Of a stretch of DNA of 64,000 nt, positions 38,064-47,602 are shown one piece after another. Made by a program: the position numbers and the translations under genes. The stretch comes from an uncultured Gammaproteobacteria bacterium (lineage in GTDB: Bacteria > Pseudomonadota > Gammaproteobacteria > Magnimaribacterales > TMED112): NCBI GenBank assembly GCA_964575305.1, contig CAZNPG010000002.1, forward strand, positions 18,026 through 82,025, given 5' to 3'. The first letter of the stretch is position 1. Each line of letters begins with the position of its first letter. Below the pieces are notes generated by a model. It ran no database searches, was not told the origin of the DNA, and saw only the letters and a program-made list of their open reading frames with translations.

Positions 38064-39481
38064 TTAAAGGTTGGCAACCAGTTATAGGGCTTGAAGTTCA
38101 TGTTCAACTTATGACTAATACCAAACTTTTTTCTCCAGCAAAAAATAAATTTGGAGAAGACGCAAATACTCTTGTAGATCTTATTGATATGGGTCTACCA
38201 GGAGTTTTACCAGTTTTGAATGAGGGAGCTATGAAACAAGGCATAAAGTTTGGTTTAGCGACTTCAGCTAAAATTGCAAAAACAATGATTTTTGATAGAA
38301 AAAATTATTTTTATCCAGATCTTCCAAAAGGCTATCAAATAACACAACTACATTTTCCTATTGTTAAGGATGGGGTTGTTGACGTAAATGGGAAACAAAT
38401 TCGAATTCATCAAGCACACTTAGAAGAAGATGCTGGAAAATCGATGCATGACAAATATGACAATAAATCAGTTATTGATTTAAATAGATCAGGGGTTCCA
38501 TTACTTGAAATAGTTTCTGAACCAGACATAAGGTCTGCAGGAGAGGCAGTTGATTACCTGAAAAAGATTCACCAAATAATTACTTATCTTGATATCTCAG
38601 ATGGCAATATGTCACAAGGGTCTATGAGGTGTGATGCAAACATTTCTATTATGAAGCCTGATGCTGAAGAGTATGGAACTAGAGCTGAAATCAAGAATAT
38701 AAACTCATTTAAATTTGTTGAGAAAGCGATTAATTTTGAAATTAAAAGACAAATTAAATTAATAGAAAATGGTGGAGTAGTTGAACAGGAAACCCGTTTA
38801 TATGATTCAGTAAAAGATGAAACCAGATCTATGAGAACAAAGGAATTTGCAAATGATTACAGATACTTTCCATGTCCAGATTTAGTGCCAACAAATATAT
38901 CAAGCGATCTTATAGAAGAAGTTAGGAAAGCTATGGATGAATTGCCTGAAGAGAAAGAGGCAAGATTTAGATCTGAGTACAATTTAGGAGATTATGAGGC
39001 ACAGGTTTTATGTGCGGAAAAAACAACAGCAAATTTCTATGAAGAAGTGTGCAAAGTGACAGATCCAATTCTTTCTGCAAAATGGATTATTGGCGAAGTG
39101 AATGCCCTTTTAAATAAACATGATGTTTCACTAAATGAATCTAATATCAATTCAGAGAACTTCTCTAATCTAATTCTAAAAATTAAAGATGGGACAATCT
39201 CTGGAAAGATTGCAAAAGAAGTATTGGAAGAAATGTGGGAAGAAGGCTCAGATCCAATCGAGATAATTAAATCCAAGGGCCTTGAACAGATTTCAGATGA
39301 AGGAGAATTGGAAACAATAGCTCAAGCTGTTATAGACAATAATTCTAGCCAAGTTGCAGCCTATAAGTCAGGAAAAGATAAGTTATTTGGTTTTTTTGTT
39401 GGTCAGGTAATGAAAGAGACACAAGGCAAAGCAAACCCAGGTGCAGTAAATGAAATACTTAAAAAATTGCTTGCTAATTAG
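38042..39481 (+). CDS. gatB: Asp/Glu-tRNA amidotransferase subunit B
   Basis: 479 aa. It has W.PVIGLEVHVQL, the C-terminal YqeY-like tail and an apparent TTG start. Confidence 0.95.
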   Translation: MAQNDTLIKGWQPVIGLEVHVQLMTNTKLFSPAKNKFGEDANTLVDLIDMGLPGVLPVLNEGAMKQGIKFGLATSAKIAKTMIFDRKNYFYPDLPKGYQITQLHFPIVKDGVVDVNGKQIRIHQAHLEEDAGKSMHDKYDNKSVIDLNRSGVPLLEIVSEPDIRSAGEAVDYLKKIHQIITYLDISDGNMSQGSMRCDANISIMKPDAEEYGTRAEIKNINSFKFVEKAINFEIKRQIKLIENGGVVEQETRLYDSVKDETRSMRTKEFANDYRYFPCPDLVPTNISSDLIEEVRKAMDELPEEKEARFRSEYNLGDYEAQVLCAEKTTANFYEEVCKVTDPILSAKWIIGEVNALLNKHDVSLNESNINSENFSNLILKIKDGTISGKIAKEVLEEMWEEGSDPIEIIKSKGLEQISDEGELETIAQAVIDNNSSQVAAYKSGKDKLFGFFVGQVMKETQGKANPGAVNEILKKLLAN

Positions 39482-40365
39482 TGAATTCTTAAAAGATCAG
39501 TTGCAACTTCAATATCTCCATCATAATACTTTGCTACTTCCATTTTAATTTGTGATTCAGTAGCACCCCAATAAAGAATATGAGAAAGAACAAGCTTCTT
39601 GGGCTTTATTTCATAAGCTATTTTGCCAAGTTGTTCAGGACTTGTATGGTGTGCAGCGTGATATATTTGCCAATCAGGTGTTTTTTTTAAAAAACCGGCT
39701 TCTGAAAAAACCTCATGTACCAGTATGTCAGCACCCTTAGATTTTTCTATAAGCTTACTTGATGGAGCTGTATCTCCAGAAAAAACTATTTTTAGATCGC
39801 TTGTCGTGACAACAAAACCAAATGATTTTTCTAAATCACCATGGGTATTTTTGAAAGCTTCTAATCTTATTTCTTGGTTTTCGTAAACATACCCATCATA
39901 AATTTCAAAAAATTCATATTTGTAACCAGTACTATTCTGAGGTTGAGTGCCATTAATCCGGTAATTAATGTCAAAAGCGTAAGCATCTATTATATTTTTT
40001 GCCATCAAATCTAATTCTTTAGGGCCATGAAGTTTAAGGCTTTTAGTTTTGCCCATTATCCAAGGTGTGATTATTAAGTCACTTAGACCGAGAGTATGAT
40101 CTGAGTGCATATGTGTAAGAAATGCATGCTCAATGCTTGTAGTATCAACTTCAAGATCGCCGCCCCACTCTGTGGTTAATCCAGCAAAATTACGAACCAC
40201 TCCAGCTCCAAAATCAATGAGATATGGAGTTTTATCAACCATTATTAAATATGAAGATCCTCCTCTATCTGGATCAGGGTTGGGTGTTCCTGAGCCAAGA
40301 ACAAAAACTTTTGTTTCTGCCTCTAGACCCAAAATAAAAAACAATAAAAAAAATAATCTAATCAT
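39478..40365 (-). CDS. Exported metallo-beta-lactamase-fold hydrolase
   Basis: 295 aa. It has the signal peptide MIRLFFLLFFILGLEA, LGSGTPNPDPDRGGSS and the zinc motif HMHSDH (HxHxDH). Confidence 0.75.
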   Translation of the reverse strand: MIRLFFLLFFILGLEAETKVFVLGSGTPNPDPDRGGSSYLIMVDKTPYLIDFGAGVVRNFAGLTTEWGGDLEVDTTSIEHAFLTHMHSDHTLGLSDLIITPWIMGKTKSLKLHGPKELDLMAKNIIDAYAFDINYRINGTQPQNSTGYKYEFFEIYDGYVYENQEIRLEAFKNTHGDLEKSFGFVVTTSDLKIVFSGDTAPSSKLIEKSKGADILVHEVFSEAGFLKKTPDWQIYHAAHHTSPEQLGKIAYEIKPKKLVLSHILYWGATESQIKMEVAKYYDGDIEVATDLLRIH

Positions 40366-41524
40366 TTATAGTAAAAATACCAATTCTATCTGATTTGTAA
40401 GAGCCTAGTATAAGTTCATCTTTGAATGGATAGACTACTGATAAACCTCCAAAAGCTGTATCTCCAAAATTATATTCTTTGATTAGGTTCAAGGATTTAT
40501 CAGTCGCAATTACTGAAAAGGGTGTAGCACATTGTATTTGAGATGGATCCATACATGACAAGCCACCAAGATCTGTATTTTGAACAGCTATCCATAATTC
40601 ATCTCCTTTTGCGATAATATTATCTGATCCACCTTCAAGATAATTTCTGAATTTAAAATTTTTTCTTTTGCCATTCTTAATTGAAGCTACGGTTCCATTC
40701 ATCCTAAAACTTATGAATAATGTTTCTCCAATTATTTCAATACCATTTGGCCATGCCCCTTGTGAATGTTCCACAATATTAAATCCACTCATTTTATTCC
40801 ACTCATAAACGTAGCCTGTATCCCATTCAAAAGTATTGTAAATTTCCAATTTTGAGAAATCCCAATCCTTGTCATATTGATGAGTAGCGTAGAAACTTCC
40901 AAGATCATCTTTGATCACTACATCATTAAAATAAGTATTTTCTCTAGGAGCTTCAACACAACCAATCCAGAATAAAGTTCTTTTGGGATCGTCAGAAAAT
41001 ACAATGTCGTCATTAAAAAATAAAAAGAACTCTATTCTATCTATAACCTCATGGTTAATGACAGCGAGCAAATGAGCTTCTTCAAGAAATGGACTGAAGT
41101 TATTTGTTTTTTTTAATGAAATTTTTTTATGGGTGTCTATACCATGAGGGTAAAATTGTTTGTAAGGCTTACAACCTTCTTCACCGATACCAAGACCACT
41201 TTCTTCTATAAATTTGACTTCATAGTCTTCAATCTTTTTTGTCTTTAGGTCTAATCTTGATATTATTCCAGTCTTTGTTGAACCCTCATTTAATTCAGCA
41301 AGCCCAGCAAACTGAGAAATAATTAATGCATCTTCACCTGGTATTTCAGCAAAATCTTCAGGATTTTGTAAGTTGCAAATTAATTGAAGTATACCTTTTG
41401 ATAAACAGTTATCTTTATTTTCATACTCTGGAGCAAAAGATTTTAGAATAGGATCAAGTGACAGCAGCCCTACAAAAATAATTAGAGCTACTGCTGCCAG
41501 TATTTTTAAAAGAATCTTATACAA
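40358..41524 (-). CDS. Membrane-anchored paraoxonase/arylesterase-like six-bladed beta-propeller protein
   Basis: 388 aa with an N-terminal TM anchor. Segments line up with mammalian PON1 as I recall it: PHGI, VINH, NDVV..GSFYATHQY (PON1 NDIV..EHFY.TNDHY), YVYEW, PNGIEI (PON1 ANGINI), SDNII..GDELWIA (PON1 VDNISVDPETGDLWVG) and ELILGS (PON1 KLLIGT). Confidence 0.6.
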   Translation of the reverse strand: MYKILLKILAAVALIIFVGLLSLDPILKSFAPEYENKDNCLSKGILQLICNLQNPEDFAEIPGEDALIISQFAGLAELNEGSTKTGIISRLDLKTKKIEDYEVKFIEESGLGIGEEGCKPYKQFYPHGIDTHKKISLKKTNNFSPFLEEAHLLAVINHEVIDRIEFFLFFNDDIVFSDDPKRTLFWIGCVEAPRENTYFNDVVIKDDLGSFYATHQYDKDWDFSKLEIYNTFEWDTGYVYEWNKMSGFNIVEHSQGAWPNGIEIIGETLFISFRMNGTVASIKNGKRKNFKFRNYLEGGSDNIIAKGDELWIAVQNTDLGGLSCMDPSQIQCATPFSVIATDKSLNLIKEYNFGDTAFGGLSVVYPFKDELILGSYKSDRIGIFTIND

Positions 41525-41966
41525 ATATCATTGCAAGATTTTCAGCAACAAAACCTGGTTTTTCCTGGCCCTCTATTTCTAGCTCTATTCCAAATTTCAT
41601 TAGCCATCTGCCGCCGCCTTTCTCTGTTACTTCAAGCAGTGAGCTGTTATATCTACATTTTGAGTCAACAGGAACTGGACTTATAAACCTGATCTTATCG
41701 TACCCATAATTCATGGCCATTTTTGTTCCTTCGACAGGTATTGAAGTCTCATAACCTTTTCCAACCGATAAAGAAAGCATTAAGGCACCATGTGCAATAG
41801 TACTACCAAATATTGGCGCAGCTTTCTCTGGATCAACATGAATAAACTGAGGATCGTCGGTTACATCTGCAAATGTATTTATCATTTCTTGATTTACCAC
41901 AAACCATGATGTGCTTTGTGACTTACCAATTTCTTTATGTAAGTCTTCTGGTTTAATTGCTTCCAT
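41517..41966 (-). CDS. MaoC-like (R)-specific enoyl-CoA hydratase / hotdog-fold dehydratase
   Basis: 149 aa. FADVTDDPQFIHVDPEKAAPIFGSTIAHGALMLSL is the MaoC dehydratase motif. Confidence 0.8.
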   Translation of the reverse strand: MEAIKPEDLHKEIGKSQSTSWFVVNQEMINTFADVTDDPQFIHVDPEKAAPIFGSTIAHGALMLSLSVGKGYETSIPVEGTKMAMNYGYDKIRFISPVPVDSKCRYNSSLLEVTEKGGGRWLMKFGIELEIEGQEKPGFVAENLAMIFV

Positions 41967-41976
41967 AATTTTTCTC

Positions 41977-43590
41977 CTATTTCATTAAATGGTCTTTGAA
42001 CTGTTCTCTCAGTTCAATCTTCAGGACTTTGCCTGTTGCTCCAATTGGTAGCTCCTCTACGAAAACAATATCATCTGGCTTCCACCACTTTGCTATCTTA
42101 TCTTCTAGAAAAGCATAAATTGAATCTTTGTCTTTCTTTTCATTTGCTGGAACTACTAATAACACTGGTCTTTCATCCCACTTTGGATGAGCAACTCCAA
42201 TTACACATGCTTGCATCACATCAGGATGCCCTTGAGCAGCATTTTCTAAATCTACTGAACTTATCCACTCCCCGCCTGATTTGATAACATCTTTTGCCCT
42301 ATCAACTATGGTCATATAACCTTCAGGATCTATTGAGGAAATATCACCTGTGTCAAACCAACCATCTGCATCAACAGCATCAGCATCATGTTTGTAGTAT
42401 CTTTTATTAATCCAAGGCCCTCTTATCATTAACTTACCGTAAGCTTTACCATCTTCTGGAAGTGTTTTTCCCTCATCATCAATAATTTTTAACTCAACTC
42501 CATAAATAGGCTTGCCTTGTTTGGTTTGAAGCTTATACATTTCATCTTTAGACATTTTTTCCATAGCTTTAGTCTTAATATTTGCTGTTGCTAATGGACT
42601 TGTTTCTGTCATACCCCAACCTTGTACAACATTAATATTATGTTCTTCATCAAATTGTTTAATCATGGAATAAGGCACAGCCGAACCGCCAATAAGTGTC
42701 TGTTTTACTGTATTAAGCTTAATATTGTTTTCTTTACAATAATTCAGCAAGCCAAGCCAAATTGTTGGAACTCCAAATGCTAAAGTTACATGTTCTTTTT
42801 CAATTAATTCTACAAGCGCTGGACCATCCATTCCCATTCCAGGCAAGACTAACTTAATACCATTCATTGCGCCTATATATGGCAAACCCCAACCCATTAC
42901 ATGGAACATTGGAACTACCATTAATATTGAGTCATCTTTATCAAGCCCTAACCCATTAGCAGAAGATCCAGCCCAGGTATGCAGCAAAGTTGACTTGTGT
43001 GAATAAAGAACTCCTTTAGGATTGCCAGTTGTTCCAGAGGTGTAACATAAACCGCATGGTGCATCCTCATCTAATTCTGGCCATGAATATGATTCATCTC
43101 CATCTTCTATAAATTCTTCATATGAAATTACGTTCTTTAATTTTGTTTCAGGCATTTCTTCTTTAGAACAAAGAAGTATGTATTTTTCAACTGTTGGACA
43201 GTTATCTTGAAGCGCTTCCAATAGTGGTGCGAAAACAGTTTCTAAAAATATCAGCCTATTTTCAGCATGATTTATGATGTATGCAATCTGCTCAGGATGT
43301 AATCTAAAATTGATTGTGTGCATAACGGCACCCATACCTGAAATGCCGTAATACATTTCCATATTTCTGTATGTATTAAGTGCTAATGATCCAACATTTT
43401 GACCGTGCTTTATGCCATAAGATTCTAATGATGAGCCTAATTTTTTTGCTCTTTTTGCAACTTGTCCATAATTTGATTTGACTATCTCCCCAGTCAAAGC
43501 TCTAGATACGATTTCTACATCTGGAAAAATTCTTTCTGCATAGTCAATTAAGCTGCCTATGTTCTGTTTCCATTCTTGCATATTACTCAT
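41977..43590 (-). CDS. Fatty-acid--CoA ligase (AMP-binding family)
   Basis: 537 aa. It has the AMP-binding motif [18 protein letters not shown] and a C-terminal GKVLK lysine. Confidence 0.85.
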   Translation of the reverse strand: MSNMQEWKQNIGSLIDYAERIFPDVEIVSRALTGEIVKSNYGQVAKRAKKLGSSLESYGIKHGQNVGSLALNTYRNMEMYYGISGMGAVMHTINFRLHPEQIAYIINHAENRLIFLETVFAPLLEALQDNCPTVEKYILLCSKEEMPETKLKNVISYEEFIEDGDESYSWPELDEDAPCGLCYTSGTTGNPKGVLYSHKSTLLHTWAGSSANGLGLDKDDSILMVVPMFHVMGWGLPYIGAMNGIKLVLPGMGMDGPALVELIEKEHVTLAFGVPTIWLGLLNYCKENNIKLNTVKQTLIGGSAVPYSMIKQFDEEHNINVVQGWGMTETSPLATANIKTKAMEKMSKDEMYKLQTKQGKPIYGVELKIIDDEGKTLPEDGKAYGKLMIRGPWINKRYYKHDADAVDADGWFDTGDISSIDPEGYMTIVDRAKDVIKSGGEWISSVDLENAAQGHPDVMQACVIGVAHPKWDERPVLLVVPANEKKDKDSIYAFLEDKIAKWWKPDDIVFVEELPIGATGKVLKIELREQFKDHLMK

Positions 43591-43597
43591 AATTTAA

Positions 43598-44578
43598 TTA
43601 CTCCCAATTTTTTAAATTATGAAGATAAGGATACCATTCATTTTTAAGAGGGTGAAACCATGTAAACATAATTTTATGAATTTTATCTTTATCTTCTTTT
43701 TTTAAATTTACTTTAACTTTTGGATTAAAAAGGCTTATTTGCTCAATTAATCTTTCATCAACTCCATGTTTAAGCAAGATTTCTTCATAAGAAGTTTCTT
43801 TTTGAGCATAAAATGATCCCAACATATCGACTATTAGATTATCAGTTCTTGGCATTCCAGTTAGGTTTACCAGATAACAGTTTTTTGAAGAGATAAACTC
43901 ATGCTCAAGGTGATCAAAAAAAGAAAAGTTTAATTTCTTTGGGCATGAATCAACAGTAAAATAATTATCCCAAATAGCTATGTTGCTATTAGAAAAATTT
44001 TGTAGCTGTTCTTGACTTGAACTATTTATCTTCTCACTTATTACTCTTTGCCCTGTCCAGAAAAAATCCTCATGCCTAGGAAAATGCTCAATAAATTCTT
44101 TAAAGTATTCTTGATGAGCCAAGTTTTTATCTATTAGCTCTGCAGCATAAACAGTTGGACAGAAATCGAAATATAAATTGGGAAATTCATCTTTGATAAC
44201 TTTATAGATTTCGATTTGATCAAAAAAGGAAAAATTTTCTTCAATATCATCAAACAAAATAGAAAAGAATTTTATTCCTAGGTCAGAAAAATTTTTAACC
44301 TTCTTTTTCAGCGCTTCTAAGTTATTTTTTTTAATAGGTGCAAGACCAAGACCAACTTCGACATCCATTTTTTTTGAGAACTCCAAAAAATCATCAAAAT
44401 CTTTAAGCCAGTTTTCAGTGTGATCAATATCTATATGTGAACGTAAGAACGGATCTTCTTTTGGAGCATATAAATAAAAATTTAAGTTGCTCTCACTCAA
44501 GCTTGATATTATTTTTTTTCTCTGCTCAAAGGTCGGTATTTTGCCATAATAACCTTCAACAATTCCTATTCTTCTCAT
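43598..44578 (-). CDS. GH84-like (O-GlcNAcase / beta-N-acetylglucosaminidase family) catalytic domain protein
   Basis: 326 aa. Its motifs correspond to human and bacterial OGA motifs as I recall them:
- GIVEGYYGKIPTFEQRKKII...NFYLYAPKEDP matches GVVEGFYGRPW..EQR...NTYLYAPKDD.
- FSILFDDI matches FALLFDDI, the catalytic DD pair.
- FCPTVY matches FCPTEY.
- FWTGQRVIS matches LWTGPKVVS.
- IWDNY matches IWDNI. Confidence 0.65.
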   Translation of the reverse strand: MRRIGIVEGYYGKIPTFEQRKKIISSLSESNLNFYLYAPKEDPFLRSHIDIDHTENWLKDFDDFLEFSKKMDVEVGLGLAPIKKNNLEALKKKVKNFSDLGIKFFSILFDDIEENFSFFDQIEIYKVIKDEFPNLYFDFCPTVYAAELIDKNLAHQEYFKEFIEHFPRHEDFFWTGQRVISEKINSSSQEQLQNFSNSNIAIWDNYFTVDSCPKKLNFSFFDHLEHEFISSKNCYLVNLTGMPRTDNLIVDMLGSFYAQKETSYEEILLKHGVDERLIEQISLFNPKVKVNLKKEDKDKIHKIMFTWFHPLKNEWYPYLHNLKNWE

Positions 44579-44592
44579 TTTATTTTTTTCAA

Positions 44593-45384
44593 TTATTTAA
44601 AACCAACAATAAACCTATTTATTCCATTAAGGTCTTTTATTAATTCTATCTTTTTATAGGAATTATTGAGCATTTTTTGTTTAAGAGCTTCTTCTTGTCC
44701 AATTCCATGCTCAAGCATTATTGCCCCGTTGTCTTCAAGATAAGTAGAAGCTTCATCAATAATCCTTTCTAAATCAGATAAACCATTTTGTTTAGATATT
44801 AAGGCTGATCTTGGTTCATGCTTAAGACTTTCATCCAATGCCTCATTTTCTGAAATGTATGGAGGATTGGTAACTATCAAATCATAAGTTTCATCTATAT
44901 TTGAGAACCAATTAGAGATTTTAAAATGAACTGGATTCTTAGTTTGTTTATTATTGGTTTCAGCTACCTTTAAAGCATTCTCATACTTATCGACTCCTGT
45001 AACTTTTGATGCAGAAAGTTTTTTAGATATCTCTATTGCTATGCAGCCAGAACCAGTGCCTAGATCCAGAATTGTTTTAGCATAAGGGAAATTGCTTACT
45101 ACATAATCAACTAGCACTTCAGTTTCTGGCCTAGGGATTAAAACATGATGATTTAAGAAATACTCACCATCATAAAAAAACCAATTCTTCAGAATATATT
45201 GAATTGGGACTTTATTCTTGATTTGGATTAATACTTTTTCTAATGAGAAATTTTGATCTTTTAGGCCGTCTAATAAAAAGTGCAAGCCCTCTTCATATGA
45301 ATTTTTATAGGTACTGCGCCAAGCTTTTTTAATAACCGCTAGTTCTTCTTTAATTTTCTTGGATTTCAAGGAGCTTCTCTGCAT
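44593..45384 (-). CDS. prmC: Release factor glutamine N5-methyltransferase
   Basis: 263 aa. It has the SAM motif [11 protein letters not shown] and the catalytic NPPYI. It lies after prfA. Confidence 0.9.
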   Translation of the reverse strand: MQRSSLKSKKIKEELAVIKKAWRSTYKNSYEEGLHFLLDGLKDQNFSLEKVLIQIKNKVPIQYILKNWFFYDGEYFLNHHVLIPRPETEVLVDYVVSNFPYAKTILDLGTGSGCIAIEISKKLSASKVTGVDKYENALKVAETNNKQTKNPVHFKISNWFSNIDETYDLIVTNPPYISENEALDESLKHEPRSALISKQNGLSDLERIIDEASTYLEDNGAIMLEHGIGQEEALKQKMLNNSYKKIELIKDLNGINRFIVGFK

Positions 45385-46429
45385 TGCTCTGTGCTTTTAA
45401 TGAATCTAACATTTCATCAATATCACCATCAAGGAAATTTTCAATGTTATAAAGAGTTAACTTCAATCTATGGTCAGTTATTCTTCCTTGAGGGAAGTTA
45501 TAGGTTCTTATTTTCTCACTTCTATCACCAGTGCCTACCAAAGATTTTCTCTCAGTTGCTTTTTCCTGTTCAATTTTTTGTTTTTCTACGTCGTAAATTT
45601 TTGCAGATAATAATGCCAAAGCTTTTGCTTTGTTTTTATGTTGGCTCCTATCTTCTTGGCACTCTACAACTATTCCACTTGGTTCATGAGTTAAACGAAC
45701 GGCTGAGTCTGTTTTATTGACATGTTGACCACCAGCTCCTGAAGCTCTGTAAGTGTCTACTCTTATCTCTGACATATCAAGATCCTTCTCTTCGATATCA
45801 TCTAGTTCTGGCATAATTGCTACAGTTGCTGTTGATGTATGTATTCTGCCCTGAGATTCAGTCAATGGAACTCTTTGCACGCGATGAACACCTGATTCAA
45901 ATTTCAATTTTCCATATGAGTCATTACCTATAATTTTCATTACAACTTCTTTAAAACCTCCAGGCCCCGATACAACTTCTTTAATTTTCTCAGTTTTCCA
46001 ATTATTTCTCTCAGCATATCTACTAAACATTCGATATAGATCTCCAACAAATATTGCAGCTTCATCTCCTCCTGCTCCAGCCCTTAGTTCAAGAAAAGAA
46101 TTCCTTGAATCATCTTTATCTTTAGGCAATAGCTGAAGCATTATTTCTGATTCAAGCTCAAGAAGTTTATTTTCACAATCTAATTTCTCTTCTTGTGCCA
46201 TATCTTTCATTTCTTCATCTTTTAATAGCTTTTCTAAATCTAAGATTGTTAGCTCAATCTCTTGATAATTTGTCCAGTTCTCAACTACATCTTTAATTTC
46301 TGAAAATTCTTTATTCAAACTAGTTAATTTAGATATATCTGAAGTAATAGATGGGTCAGATAATTTCTGGCTTAGCTCTTCAGCCTTTTCCTGCAAACTA
46401 GTTAATGATTTTCTTATTGAATCTTTCAT
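45350..46429 (-). CDS. prfA: Peptide chain release factor 1
   Basis: 359 aa. It has the GGQ motif ([19 protein letters not shown]) and an RF1-type PxT tripeptide ([14 protein letters not shown]). Confidence 0.95.
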   Translation of the reverse strand: MKDSIRKSLTSLQEKAEELSQKLSDPSITSDISKLTSLNKEFSEIKDVVENWTNYQEIELTILDLEKLLKDEEMKDMAQEEKLDCENKLLELESEIMLQLLPKDKDDSRNSFLELRAGAGGDEAAIFVGDLYRMFSRYAERNNWKTEKIKEVVSGPGGFKEVVMKIIGNDSYGKLKFESGVHRVQRVPLTESQGRIHTSTATVAIMPELDDIEEKDLDMSEIRVDTYRASGAGGQHVNKTDSAVRLTHEPSGIVVECQEDRSQHKNKAKALALLSAKIYDVEKQKIEQEKATERKSLVGTGDRSEKIRTYNFPQGRITDHRLKLTLYNIENFLDGDIDEMLDSLKAQSNAEKLLEIQEN

Positions 46430-46435
46430 AGAAAG

Positions 46436-47602
46436 TTAGCTCCCTCTCTTTTTGCCGCCCAATGATTCATCTAGTATCTTTGAAACATGAAAAGCATTTT
46501 TTGATGCAATCTCATCGGCAAGTTCTTCTATTATCTCTTCAACATTATTGTCATCTGAAAGTTTTTTAAGCGCATTATCTATTGCGTTTTCTTTAATTAT
46601 TGATTGCTCTTCATGAAATCTTTTTTGAACATTATTGATATTTTTTCTATTTCTTAGTTTTGCAAACTCTTGATCACTATTCATAGAAATAAACTCCTCA
46701 GCTTCCTTTACTGCAATCTTTCTTCCTTTTAAATTTTCATTTACCATTCCACTAAGTTCATCAAGCGTTAAAACATTTAAGTTGATGCAGTCTTTAAGTT
46801 CTTGCGGAAGATTTCTTGGTATTGCTAAATCAAAGATTAGAGAATCATCGCTTGATAAATCATTTTCATCAAAAAAGGGATTTTCTGAAGCTGCTGCCAC
46901 AACTACTATTTGATAATCCTTTATATCTTTCTTAACACGCTCCAATGATTTAGATTGTATTCCTTCTACCTCTATATCTGATCTGTTATATAGGCTTATG
47001 TCATAGTCTTTATCTTTCAATCTTTTAATTAAAGCTTTACCAACATCACCAGCACCTATAACTAATACTGGCTTCTGCTTGGTTTCGAGTATTTTATTTT
47101 CAACTAGTGAAGCTATTGAAAGTGGATTTTTTGATAACTGAGTATTAGAGCGTATCTCCTTAGTTAAACTTATTGCTCTTGAAAATATTACCTCTAATTC
47201 AGAATCAAGATAGTTGAATGTTTTTGAATTCTGAAAAGATTTTTTTACTTGTCCAAAAATATCAGGCTCTCCCACTATCATTGAATCAATCCCTGTCATA
47301 ACTCTTAGTAGGTGTTTAAAAGCATCGTTATTTGAAAATAGATATTGATCATTTTTTCTTAGATTAATATCTCTGCCTGTTAACCTTTCAAGGAATGTAT
47401 CAAAATTTTTGATTTCTGTTCTTTTGCAAAATGAATAAAATTCTGTTCTATTGCATGTTGAAAGAAATACACCATTATCAAATGGTGTAATTAGCTTAAG
47501 ATTCGCAATAATTTCATCAATCTTTTCTTTATTAAAGGCAAATTTTTCTCTAACCTCTAAAGAGGTAGATTTATGACTTATTCCCCAACAATGAAATTCC
47601 AT
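46436..47602 (-). CDS. hemA: Glutamyl-tRNA reductase (short, 388 aa)
   Basis: The N-terminus has GISHKSTSLEVREKFAF (consensus G.NHKTAP...RE). It also has the catalytic-Cys region STCNRTEFY and the NADPH site VIGAGDVGK. Confidence 0.9.
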   Translation of the reverse strand: MEFHCWGISHKSTSLEVREKFAFNKEKIDEIIANLKLITPFDNGVFLSTCNRTEFYSFCKRTEIKNFDTFLERLTGRDINLRKNDQYLFSNNDAFKHLLRVMTGIDSMIVGEPDIFGQVKKSFQNSKTFNYLDSELEVIFSRAISLTKEIRSNTQLSKNPLSIASLVENKILETKQKPVLVIGAGDVGKALIKRLKDKDYDISLYNRSDIEVEGIQSKSLERVKKDIKDYQIVVVAAASENPFFDENDLSSDDSLIFDLAIPRNLPQELKDCINLNVLTLDELSGMVNENLKGRKIAVKEAEEFISMNSDQEFAKLRNRKNINNVQKRFHEEQSIIKENAIDNALKKLSDDNNVEEIIEELADEIASKNAFHVSKILDESLGGKKRGS

